In this document: piece by piece, positions 8,863 through 17,757 of the stretch | How positions within the stretch are numbered: the first letter of the stretch is position 1 | How the letters are laid out: the number at the start of each line of letters is the position of its first letter | Virus record (IMG/VR): IMGVR_UViG_3300027769_000039 | Coordinates: 1 to 53,645 of that record | From: a virus | Taxonomy: Duplodnaviria > Caudoviricetes | Strand: one strand, 5' to 3' | DNA: 53,645 nt | Made by a program: the position numbers and the translations under genes | The notes under the pieces: generated by a model | What the model saw: only the letters and a program-made list of their open reading frames with translations | What the model was told of the DNA's origin: nothing | Databases searched by the model: none

Positions 8863-10497
8863 TTAAAAGTTGTGCAGAACTGGTTCTTCCGAACCTTGTC
8901 CATCGCTAATAAACCCAAATGGGGTTAGTTCATCTTCAATCATCTTAATGCGGGACTTATAAATTAGTTCCCTCATGTTTATATCATTCAAGTCTTTAAA
9001 ATATGGTTGGGTTGTTAGCCAACCAAAAAGAACTAGAGTCATAACTAAATCGTCAGTGTATCCATCGTCTGCAGCATAAGACCCTCTAGATTCAATAAAA
9101 GTTGTAATCTCTGAAATAGTATCTGCATCTGGAATTAACAATTTCTGCTCTTCCACCAGAGTCTTTAAGTTCATACAACCAATTCGTTTTACTTTTCTAT
9201 CTGTCAAAACACCCAATTGTGCACGACCACCACCAAATCCACCTGAAACAGTTTGACCAGTGGTAGATCTATTTACAAATAAGATGTTTTCATATTCTAA
9301 TTCTTGGTGCAGAATAGAAGCAACCTGCTCGCTACTATTTATCTCTACTAGAATATACGCCATATTGTATTCTTTGGCCACCTTAAAGATTACATTTGGA
9401 TACAACAAGGGCGATATATCATTTTTACGATATTTGGCAACCTGTTTGTAGGGAGCTTCGGTAATATCGATAACCGAAAATGCTGAGTAATCACCACCAA
9501 CACCCTTCGCCGTATCAACAATAATACAATAAGAATGGGGTGGTTTTAGTATTGGTTTCCCAAACTTGTCCATCTTTTCAGTATCGACTTCATAAACTGG
9601 TTCTTCAAATACATCCAATCCATCTCTCTGATATATTGGATATGATGGAGACATTCTACCAATCGTATCGGCATTTACTAATGTTAAGGCAGAACCTAAA
9701 AACTTACAAAGAACCTCTTGGTTGTATTTTAGATCTCCAAGAATAGATCTTTGTTCTTCAGCCCATCGCTCATCTCGACCTGGGATTTCCCAGTATGGAA
9801 TGAAACAATTTACAAATCCATTTCGTTTATTCTCGGCATCATTCCAGAACTTCCAGAAATGATTGTATCCAAGAGGAGTAGAACTTAGTAGAATCTTTGT
9901 TGTTTCACCAGCAGAAATAGTTGGATAAACAGAAGTAAAAAACTGTTCAGCAACAGTATTTGGAATAATCGCAGCTTCGTCAACATAAAGTAAGTTTACA
10001 GATTTACCACGAATACCTGATGTAGAAGTAGCCGAAGTAAATACCTTAGAACCATTTTCTAATTCGATATCACCTTTGTTCCAAGACTTAACACCTTGTT
10101 GAAGCCAGATTGGCAATCCTTCATACATAGTTTGGTATCGAGCAAGAACTTCTCTGGCAGCAGTTGCTTTGTTTGCCAGAATCGCCACATTTTTAGCATC
10201 TTGAAATATTGTATACCAAAGAATATATGCAGCAGATGTAGTTGTTTTACCTTGCTGACGACCTTCCATAAGAATAACTTTACGATTCTCATGGATTATA
10301 TTTAATTTTCTTTTTTGGCACTCGTATAATTTAAAAGGTTGTAGACCTTTATCTAGCGTAACAATCTGACAATAAGTTTCGATGAAGTAAATGTAATCAG
10401 TTTTACACTTGATGTATTCTTGAACCTGTTCAGGAGTAAACTCAACAGGAACACCGATTGCTTTTAAATTTGGATTTGCATTATATATTTGAGCCAT
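8863..10497 (-). CDS. gp17: Terminase large subunit (gp17)
   Basis: YNANPNLK, Walker A GRQQGKTT, Walker B LLYVDEAA, SSTPLGYNHFWK, nuclease motifs DTAKGVGGDYS and DDLVMTLV. Confidence 0.98.
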   Translation of the reverse strand: MAQIYNANPNLKAIGVPVEFTPEQVQEYIKCKTDYIYFIETYCQIVTLDKGLQPFKLYECQKRKLNIIHENRKVILMEGRQQGKTTTSAAYILWYTIFQDAKNVAILANKATAAREVLARYQTMYEGLPIWLQQGVKSWNKGDIELENGSKVFTSATSTSGIRGKSVNLLYVDEAAIIPNTVAEQFFTSVYPTISAGETTKILLSSTPLGYNHFWKFWNDAENKRNGFVNCFIPYWEIPGRDERWAEEQRSILGDLKYNQEVLCKFLGSALTLVNADTIGRMSPSYPIYQRDGLDVFEEPVYEVDTEKMDKFGKPILKPPHSYCIIVDTAKGVGGDYSAFSVIDITEAPYKQVAKYRKNDISPLLYPNVIFKVAKEYNMAYILVEINSSEQVASILHQELEYENILFVNRSTTGQTVSGGFGGGRAQLGVLTDRKVKRIGCMNLKTLVEEQKLLIPDADTISEITTFIESRGSYAADDGYTDDLVMTLVLFGWLTTQPYFKDLNDINMRELIYKSRIKMIEDELTPFGFISDGQGSEEPVLHNF

Positions 10498-11229
10498 TTA
10501 GAATGCGTCTTGCCAAGTTTCCGTAATAGTCCCAGTTTCAAAATCACCTGCTGCTGTGTATTTTCTTCCAGGTTGTGAAAGTTTGTCAATATAAACAGTT
10601 TTAATTGGACCTTGTTCGCCGACTGGACCGAAGAAGTTTGCTTTCAATGTGAAGTTTAAAGTATAAGTTACAAATCTACGAGTCTGAAAATCTCCATCGT
10701 AGTCATCTTGAACGGCAACATTGTTTAAGATTATAGGAATATCTAGTGCGACACTCATATCAGGAATAGCATTAATGCTTAATGTAAATTCTGGAGTGAA
10801 ATATGGCAAAATTTGCTCAACAATCTGTAGAGCATCTTCTTGAGTTTTAGTTAAAATATAAAGTGAGATATCAATATTGTATGGAACAGGCGAGTACATC
10901 TGTTTCATTGTAGCTGGATTTGCTCCATTTGCTTTATAACAAGAAACTTGAGACATACGATTTACTTTACGGATTGGATCGTAGTTCATTCCTGTAATTT
11001 CAAAAGACATTCTAGGTAAAATAGTATAAGTGTTTCTCTCTAATGTTGGATCTTGTTCAACACGAACTAACCATTTTTCTTTTGGAGCATATGCTAGTGG
11101 GACAATAACTGTTTGTTGAACAACACCATCATTATCTGCTCTTTCAATTTTAATGTTGCTAAACATACTACCAAAAGCAACAATAACTTTTCGAGTAAGT
11201 CCGTGGTAAAATGGAGGAATATTTAACAT
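10498..11229 (-). CDS. gp15: Tail sheath stabilizer / tail terminator (gp15)
   Basis: FYHGLTRKVIVAFGSMF, VPLAYAPKEK, LPRMSFEI, DALQIVEQILPYFTP. Confidence 0.95.
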   Translation of the reverse strand: MLNIPPFYHGLTRKVIVAFGSMFSNIKIERADNDGVVQQTVIVPLAYAPKEKWLVRVEQDPTLERNTYTILPRMSFEITGMNYDPIRKVNRMSQVSCYKANGANPATMKQMYSPVPYNIDISLYILTKTQEDALQIVEQILPYFTPEFTLSINAIPDMSVALDIPIILNNVAVQDDYDGDFQTRRFVTYTLNFTLKANFFGPVGEQGPIKTVYIDKLSQPGRKYTAAGDFETGTITETWQDAF

Positions 11230-12284
11230 TACTGGATTTCCCCGAATGGGTTGTTTGTATCAAATACTAAATCGCTGGCTTCATTTTTAAATTTAATATT
11301 ATCGCCATATGATTGTGGCAAATCTGGATTTGGTTCAATGCTAACTGTTGCAGCAGCTGACACACCAGCGTATGACAAGGTGGCAGATCCATTAACTTGC
11401 GATCCTGTTGTATGTGCTGGCGCAGTAGAACTAAATGTTCCACCGATTACAGCTGTATATAATCTATTTGAATAAAAGACTTGAGCATTTGTGCTTACTG
11501 TTCCATTGGCAACCCACTGAGTTCCGATTGTTACTGTTGGAGCAGAATCATATCCAGTACCAACATTTGTAATGAGTAAAGAAACTACACCACTGGTAAC
11601 TGTTGGTGTTAAAACAGCTGGAGAAAACGCTTGAGTTCCACCGCCACCAGTTAATGTAACAGTTGGGGTATTTGTATATCCTGTTCCTGCTCGAGTCATC
11701 GTCACGGAAGTAACAGAACCAGTAGCATTTCTTGGATAACTAGTATCATAGGATTTGAGTGTTTCAAACACATCAATATCTTTCAGACCAGTATCAATAT
11801 GTTCAGAAGCATACTGGAAGAGTTCAACTTGTAATTTGTAAACATATAGTTTACCAAGCTGATAAAAAGGATTTTGATGTTGCACAAACTTAATTTCAAA
11901 TAAACCTTTGGTTAAAGGGAAGTATAGTAGATCTCCCTCGCAAGGTCTATTTGGTAATTGAGCCTGATTAAATCTTCCAACAAGTTGATCCCAGCGACGA
12001 CGAGCAACTGTTAATGTTGCTGATTGTTCCATCATTAAACCAAACTTTTGAATAAATGCTCCCTGCCCTTCAAACCCATCAACATTTTCTAAGTACATTT
12101 CTATACCGTAAGCATGTTTAAATTCTGACAGGCGATCTTCGCCGAGAATATTATCTTTGGCTACAAGGGTTCTTGGAATATAATAAAAATCTTGCCCATA
12201 TACCTGCAGTGATTCTACGATAATATCTTCAATTAGATATTGTTCGTTGGCAGTTCCTTGAGAGAAGTATACATTTCTAGCCAC
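11229..12284 (-). CDS. gp14: Neck protein gp14 with a C-terminal Gly/Thr-rich insertion
   Basis: EQYLIEDIIVESLQVYGQDFYYIPR, RPCEGDLLYFP, LFEIKFVQHQNPFYQLGK, terminal NNPFGE. Confidence 0.95.
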   Translation of the reverse strand: MARNVYFSQGTANEQYLIEDIIVESLQVYGQDFYYIPRTLVAKDNILGEDRLSEFKHAYGIEMYLENVDGFEGQGAFIQKFGLMMEQSATLTVARRRWDQLVGRFNQAQLPNRPCEGDLLYFPLTKGLFEIKFVQHQNPFYQLGKLYVYKLQVELFQYASEHIDTGLKDIDVFETLKSYDTSYPRNATGSVTSVTMTRAGTGYTNTPTVTLTGGGGTQAFSPAVLTPTVTSGVVSLLITNVGTGYDSAPTVTIGTQWVANGTVSTNAQVFYSNRLYTAVIGGTFSSTAPAHTTGSQVNGSATLSYAGVSAAATVSIEPNPDLPQSYGDNIKFKNEASDLVFDTNNPFGEIQ

Positions 12285-12287
12285 ATT

Positions 12288-13250
12288 CTATCCTAGGAAA
12301 AAGTCTAACGGAGCAGACTTGTTTTGAATTTCGTCTTCTAGTGCAATAATTTCCTGCATTGCTTCATTATATAAAGAATTACCATCTAAAGTTACACCAC
12401 CTGGGAGTTGTAATCCAGAAAACTTTTTAAGATTTGTCGCCCACTGTTTCTTAAACAGAGCTGTTGTATATTTTTTAAGCCATGGTTCGTTCCAGACTTT
12501 TACAAACTCTGTTGGATCTAATGCTCGATATGCTTCAACAACAAAGTAGTCGCCGATGTTTATTTTATTAATTGATTTCCAATCAACATCTATGTATAGT
12601 TTATCCATTAAACGATTGAAACGATAGATTGGTTTACCATTTAATATTAAATCTAGTGTAGCCAAATGGCTCATTACTGTAGTGTAGTAAATTAATGAGG
12701 TGCTGGACAAATCATACAAATCGTTTAATCTAAGCTGATATTGTAGATCGAAAATAGAACGAGAAGAAGATGTTCCTTGATAGAGTGGTAAAACTCTTGA
12801 CACACCATAGACTAAATCTGGAATTGGAATCCAACCATTATCGATATCGCCAGCAATATAAAAACTAGAAGCTGTTAATGTGGCAGTAGTTCCGTCTGGG
12901 TTAGATATGGTTTCGTTTGCAACAAAAGTTCCAACAGTTCTGGAAATATATAAAGTGTTACTGTCTTTGGCTGATTCAACTGTTGCCGTAGCACCAGAGG
13001 TTGCTCCAGTAATTTTAGAAGCACCTGCAAAAGAAGCAGCATTCGATCCAGTAATATTTAATTCTGAAGCAGTAATTTTATGCTTTAAGTAAATTTTTTC
13101 AATACCATCATAGTGGTATAATCTAAAAACTTCTAATGCTTCATCAATACGATCTTCTAACTGGTCGTCATCCACATTTATCTCAAGCACTGGAGCTCCC
13201 AATGCTCTTAGGCAATATTCTGACAATGTTGCTCTTGAATTAACTGCCAT
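12288..13250 (-). CDS. gp13: Neck protein gp13
   Basis: YCLRALGAPVLEINVDDDQLEDRIDEAL, WLKKYTTALFKKQWATNLKKFSGLQLPGGVTLDG. Confidence 0.96.
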   Translation of the reverse strand: MAVNSRATLSEYCLRALGAPVLEINVDDDQLEDRIDEALEVFRLYHYDGIEKIYLKHKITASELNITGSNAASFAGASKITGATSGATATVESAKDSNTLYISRTVGTFVANETISNPDGTTATLTASSFYIAGDIDNGWIPIPDLVYGVSRVLPLYQGTSSSRSIFDLQYQLRLNDLYDLSSTSLIYYTTVMSHLATLDLILNGKPIYRFNRLMDKLYIDVDWKSINKINIGDYFVVEAYRALDPTEFVKVWNEPWLKKYTTALFKKQWATNLKKFSGLQLPGGVTLDGNSLYNEAMQEIIALEDEIQNKSAPLDFFLG

Positions 13251-13251
13251 A

Positions 13252-14862
13252 TTAATTTCCTAACTTTTGTTTAAGTTCATCAATTTGTTTTTGTTGTTCT
13301 TTAATGGCTTCAACTAATAGTGGAATAAGACGCTCGTATTGAATAGTTAAATACTGTTCATCGATTGGAGCTGGAACAACAACTTGAGGTAGAACTGCTT
13401 GAACTTGTTGGGCTGACAAACCAACTTCATGTTTAGAAGCATTATATCCCAGCGCAACTGCAGTTTCATTCGCATGATAGTGAAACCCATTGAGAGACAT
13501 AACTTTTTCTAATGCATTTTCAATATTCCCAGTCTTAGTTTTTAATCTATCATCAGAATAGTATGCAGTAATTGTATCAGTTGCTCTAATTTGACCAGTA
13601 GTTCCAGACCCAGCAGTTCCAATACCAAGAGAGTTAAATCTTACATTGGCGTTTGTTGCTGTTATAGTTGGATTGTTTAAAGTTAAAGTTCCAGTGGCAG
13701 CACCGATTGATAGTGAAGTAGCAGCACCAAAAGCATTTACTGTTGTGGCAGTTGTATTGAATACATTCTGCGTAGTCAGCGAAGTAGTTAAATGTTTATT
13801 TACTTGCCAAGAATCTGATGCTGAGATATACAGTAATGTAGCGGATGCGCCATCAACAGTTAAACCAGCGCCATTAGCAGCTGCAGCATTGGCAGCTCCA
13901 CTGGCAACTGTAATGTTCAAGTCATCAATATCAAGCGTAGTTGAATTGATTGTTGTTGTAGTTCCATTGACAGTTAAATTTCCAGAAACAACTAAGTCTT
14001 TATTAACTGTAACTGTACCACCATCTGAATCGCCAAGATTAATATTAGTAGTTGATCCAGCAGCACTGCCAGTACCAATGTTAATTGTTTTAGTATTACC
14101 AGAACCTACGGCACCAGTAGAAATATTAGTTGTAGAAGATGCTGTGCTACCATAACCGATTGTTAAAGTAGTTGCTCCAGCAAATGCTACAGGGGAAGTT
14201 GGTGTAGCAAAGAAAGAAGTTGCGCCAACAGTAGAATCAATCGCTGTTAAACCAGTAAGAGTTGTTGAGGTAGCTCCGAATGAAACAGTGGTGTTACCAA
14301 TAGTAATATTACCAGCAGCGAAGGTTGGCGGAGTAGAAGCTCCAGTTGATTGTAAAAATGTACCAGCTGCACCAGCAGTAATAAATGTAGTTTGGTTTGC
14401 GTCAAGTTGAATTACCAACTGACCAGCAGAACCACCTGCGATGTTAGTAGCTGTTGTTGCTGTAGCAGCAGTTCCTACAGTTAAAGATCCTGGGGAAAGC
14501 CAAGTAGGAGCAGAAGAACCAGCAGAAATTAATACTTGACCAGAAGTTCCAGCAGAAGTTAATCCCATTGCAGCTGCAGTTGAATAAACAACAGCTCCAG
14601 CAGTGGCAGTAAGACTAGCATTAGTACCACCATACAACAATCCAACTGTATTACCCTGCCATGATGAGTTGGTAGATAGCGTTTTATTTGTAAGCGTTTG
14701 GGTTCCAGCATTTACGGTTACGATTCCACCACCACCAGGTGTGCTACCATCATGGAGCCTTAGTGTTTTAACTTCTGTGTCGTAAGTTATCTCACCAATT
14801 GCTCCAGTGAACGCATTGTTCTGGGTAGTAGTTCCTCGTCTAAACTGTACTTGGGTTGCCAT
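13252..14862 (-). CDS. Tail fibre-like protein with Mtd_N-like N-terminus and C-terminal intramolecular chaperone (peptidase S74-like)
   Basis: N-terminus VQFRRGTTTQNNAFTGAIGEITYDT...HDGSTPGG; C-terminus YYSDDRLKT...GLSAQQVQAVLP...YERLIPLLVEAIKEQ. Confidence 0.85.
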   Translation of the reverse strand: MATQVQFRRGTTTQNNAFTGAIGEITYDTEVKTLRLHDGSTPGGGGIVTVNAGTQTLTNKTLSTNSSWQGNTVGLLYGGTNASLTATAGAVVYSTAAAMGLTSAGTSGQVLISAGSSAPTWLSPGSLTVGTAATATTATNIAGGSAGQLVIQLDANQTTFITAGAAGTFLQSTGASTPPTFAAGNITIGNTTVSFGATSTTLTGLTAIDSTVGATSFFATPTSPVAFAGATTLTIGYGSTASSTTNISTGAVGSGNTKTINIGTGSAAGSTTNINLGDSDGGTVTVNKDLVVSGNLTVNGTTTTINSTTLDIDDLNITVASGAANAAAANGAGLTVDGASATLLYISASDSWQVNKHLTTSLTTQNVFNTTATTVNAFGAATSLSIGAATGTLTLNNPTITATNANVRFNSLGIGTAGSGTTGQIRATDTITAYYSDDRLKTKTGNIENALEKVMSLNGFHYHANETAVALGYNASKHEVGLSAQQVQAVLPQVVVPAPIDEQYLTIQYERLIPLLVEAIKEQQKQIDELKQKLGN

Positions 14863-14882
14863 TTAAAATTCCTCTTTCGATA

Positions 14883-14890
14883 TATTTATG
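14883..14890 (-). promoter_or_regulatory. Late promoter-like CATAAATA
   Basis: tatttatg overlapping the stop of the 953-aa gene, upstream of the 536-aa gene. Confidence 0.45.
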
Positions 14891-17747
14891 CTTGCGCTTC
14901 TGACCAGAATAAGTTAATATTACATGTGGCAGAAGAGCCTGAAAGGTTTCTAACAACTACTGCCAACACATCTGGACCATCTGGATAGTTAGAATAACCA
15001 CCAATTGCAGCATTAGTTAATTCCTTCAACTCGGTCAAATTAATTTCAGCGAAGCCATTAATCTGCGCAAGGGTTGAAAAGTTTTGTTCGCCTGGAGTCG
15101 CTGCAGTAGTATTACTTGTAGATATCTGCGCAAACGATGGTTGTGAACCAAGTGCAAAAGTATTAACTGATGTCCAAGTTAGTGAGGATGCATCAATATT
15201 TCCAGGATTTAAAATGCCATATACTTGTACATTTTGTGTTGATGTTATCTGAAGTCTTTGTAACAATAACTGAGATCTATTAATTAAATCTCTATCGCCC
15301 AAATTACCAGAAATTGAATTTGATACTGATGGAGCCAATCTTAAAAAGAACACTGTCTTCGCCTGATTGGCAGTAAATGACTGATTAACTGCTGCGTAGT
15401 TAAAGAAGTAACCACGATCGGTGTCGAATCCACCATCCATAATATAAGATGAACCCCAGTGATTTAACTGTGGTGCTGCAGTACAACTAATTAATGTTGC
15501 TGATGTAAATCCATTACCTCTAGAATGTGTTGCAGCTGCACCGCCACTAAATGTTTTAGTTGATCCACCAATAAACATAGAGAAACTTCCACCACGAGTA
15601 CATCCAGTTAAAGTATTTCCCGTTTTACCAGTATATGGAATAACTTCATTTCCAATTAACACAACACCGCCAGTAGATGGGAAACGACTCGCATCTACTA
15701 AATCAATAGAAGTTTCGCTTGTATCTAGATCTTCGTCTAATCTTCCAATGGCAGATTCATTAATTGTTTGATATCGAACTACCGTATTACCTGTTCGCAT
15801 ATACGCTTCATCGTTTACGTTATTTTGTTTCAAACGATGAACAAGAATCATATTACCATCTGGACCACGACACATAAAGTCAATAAAACCAGCACCATAC
15901 CAAGAGAATGAAATACCTAACATTTGCATTTTGTTAAGATTCATATTATATCCTGAGATGCCTGTTCCATCTATCTTATCTGTATTAAATTGGGATTGTG
16001 GAATTCTTTGGTCAATAACAGCTGCAATTTTAATTCCAGATGAGTTACTAACACCACGATACTCTGGATTAACTGTCAATGCAGTATCGCTGGCAATACT
16101 ACCAATTTTATATGTCATACCACGAATGATAATATTATCGCCAACTTTTAATTGTTGCGTAAATCGAGTACTTGTTCCCGTAACTGATTGGGAGCCTGCT
16201 GTTACTGAAACGAATCCAGACAGCTGGAATGTTCCAGATCGTTTAACGACTGCTAATTCTTGACCATCATATTCCCAGAACAATCCGTTTTGATCATCAA
16301 ATGGACCAACACGAACTGATGCGCCATGCCAGTTCTTAACTGTAACACGAGGAATGTTTGTAATAACTGCAGTGGCAGATCCTAGTGCCCCAGAAGCAAT
16401 AACTGTAAAAGTATTTTCTCCAGTAACTGTACTAACACCATATGTTCCATTGTAACCAGAAGTAACAACTCCTGAAATTACCACAGTCGCTCCAACCTGC
16501 AGAGAGTGATCTAATTCTGTAGTAACAGTAATTGTTGAACCAACAGTTGTTCCAGATGCAGAAATTTGATCAAGGTTAATAATAGGATTTAAAGAAACAC
16601 CAGATGTCCAAAGAACACCCTTACCTGATTGGTAACGCATGTACTTTTTAGTTTGACGAGAAACAGATGCGCCATGAGAAGGAACGAAATTTGATATGGT
16701 AACACCACCATCGAATGGTCGATGTAGAACATATGCATCTGAACGAGTAAACATTGTCATGGCAATACCAGCGGATGCCACTGCGCCACCGACACGAGCA
16801 GTAAATGTAAATGTAGTAGAAGAAGGAACTGATTCAGCGAAAAAGTTTCCAGTTAATAGTGAGTGGTTTGTTCCGACAGAACTTGCAATACCAACTAGCG
16901 GAGCACCAGCAACTAGACCATGATTTGCAGAACATGTTACTGTAATTATTGATGGGTTTGCTCCATTAGATGTAACTGTTGCTAGTGGCAACGAAGATCC
17001 AGTATAGAAACCACCACGACGAGCATAGGTGATACCAGTAAACAGAGACAATCCAGTTGTGCCAACAATACCTTTGGCGAAATATGTAAACGAAGTCGAG
17101 GACGGAACAGAAGCAACAACGAAAGCACCTTCTGCTCGAGCGGAAGTATTTGTATTACCTAAACCATAAACAATAACTGCATCATTTACAGCCAATCCAT
17201 GGGCAACAGAAGTTGTTACGGTAATAGTCGATGGAGAAGCACCATCTGTAGATACACCAGATAAGAAAATATCAAGTCCAGGTTTTTCATAAATTCCTGG
17301 AACACCACGAATGTCAGAATAGTTCTGCCACTTGGTTGTTTGTAAACCATATTCAAAGTCAGCATCAATTAATGATTGTGGATTTGAAACACGAATTCTT
17401 TCAATAGCGTCAACACCGAAAGCATATGGGCGAATAATATTACCAACATGTTTTGGTGCATCAGTATAAACTGCTATCTTGTGAGTAGATAGCATTGCAG
17501 AAGTATCTCTTGATAATGTTACTGTTGTAACACCATCTTGTTCTGAGAAGAAGGTTGTATTATCTAAAGAATTATATGAAACTGTCCCAGAACGAGTAGG
17601 GTCGCCAAGAGCATAGATGTTCTCTTGTGTGGTTTTATTTGTAATAATTAATAGTTGAGTTTCATCAACCTTACCTGGAAATTTAACTGTGCCAGCGTTT
17701 GCTAAACCAGGTGTAAAAATATACTTTTCAATGAGTTGGCGAGCCAT
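14886..17747 (-). CDS. Large virion structural protein (953 aa)
   Basis: RVSNPQSLIDADFEYGLQTTKW, RQTKKYMRYQSGKG, SWYGAGF, HWGSSYIMDGGFDTDRGY resemble conserved structural proteins of aquatic T4-like phages. Three ITVTxxxxHxL repeats. Confidence 0.75.
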   Translation of the reverse strand: MARQLIEKYIFTPGLANAGTVKFPGKVDETQLLIITNKTTQENIYALGDPTRSGTVSYNSLDNTTFFSEQDGVTTVTLSRDTSAMLSTHKIAVYTDAPKHVGNIIRPYAFGVDAIERIRVSNPQSLIDADFEYGLQTTKWQNYSDIRGVPGIYEKPGLDIFLSGVSTDGASPSTITVTTSVAHGLAVNDAVIVYGLGNTNTSARAEGAFVVASVPSSTSFTYFAKGIVGTTGLSLFTGITYARRGGFYTGSSLPLATVTSNGANPSIITVTCSANHGLVAGAPLVGIASSVGTNHSLLTGNFFAESVPSSTTFTFTARVGGAVASAGIAMTMFTRSDAYVLHRPFDGGVTISNFVPSHGASVSRQTKKYMRYQSGKGVLWTSGVSLNPIINLDQISASGTTVGSTITVTTELDHSLQVGATVVISGVVTSGYNGTYGVSTVTGENTFTVIASGALGSATAVITNIPRVTVKNWHGASVRVGPFDDQNGLFWEYDGQELAVVKRSGTFQLSGFVSVTAGSQSVTGTSTRFTQQLKVGDNIIIRGMTYKIGSIASDTALTVNPEYRGVSNSSGIKIAAVIDQRIPQSQFNTDKIDGTGISGYNMNLNKMQMLGISFSWYGAGFIDFMCRGPDGNMILVHRLKQNNVNDEAYMRTGNTVVRYQTINESAIGRLDEDLDTSETSIDLVDASRFPSTGGVVLIGNEVIPYTGKTGNTLTGCTRGGSFSMFIGGSTKTFSGGAAATHSRGNGFTSATLISCTAAPQLNHWGSSYIMDGGFDTDRGYFFNYAAVNQSFTANQAKTVFFLRLAPSVSNSISGNLGDRDLINRSQLLLQRLQITSTQNVQVYGILNPGNIDASSLTWTSVNTFALGSQPSFAQISTSNTTAATPGEQNFSTLAQINGFAEINLTELKELTNAAIGGYSNYPDGPDVLAVVVRNLSGSSATCNINLFWSEAQA

Positions 17748-17757
17748 TTATGATCCT

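Noticed and set aside
13252-14862. Possible diversity-generating retroelement suggested by the Mtd_N-like N-terminus
   Set aside because: No reverse transcriptase and no template/variable repeat pair differing at adenines; the C-terminus is an S74-like chaperone.
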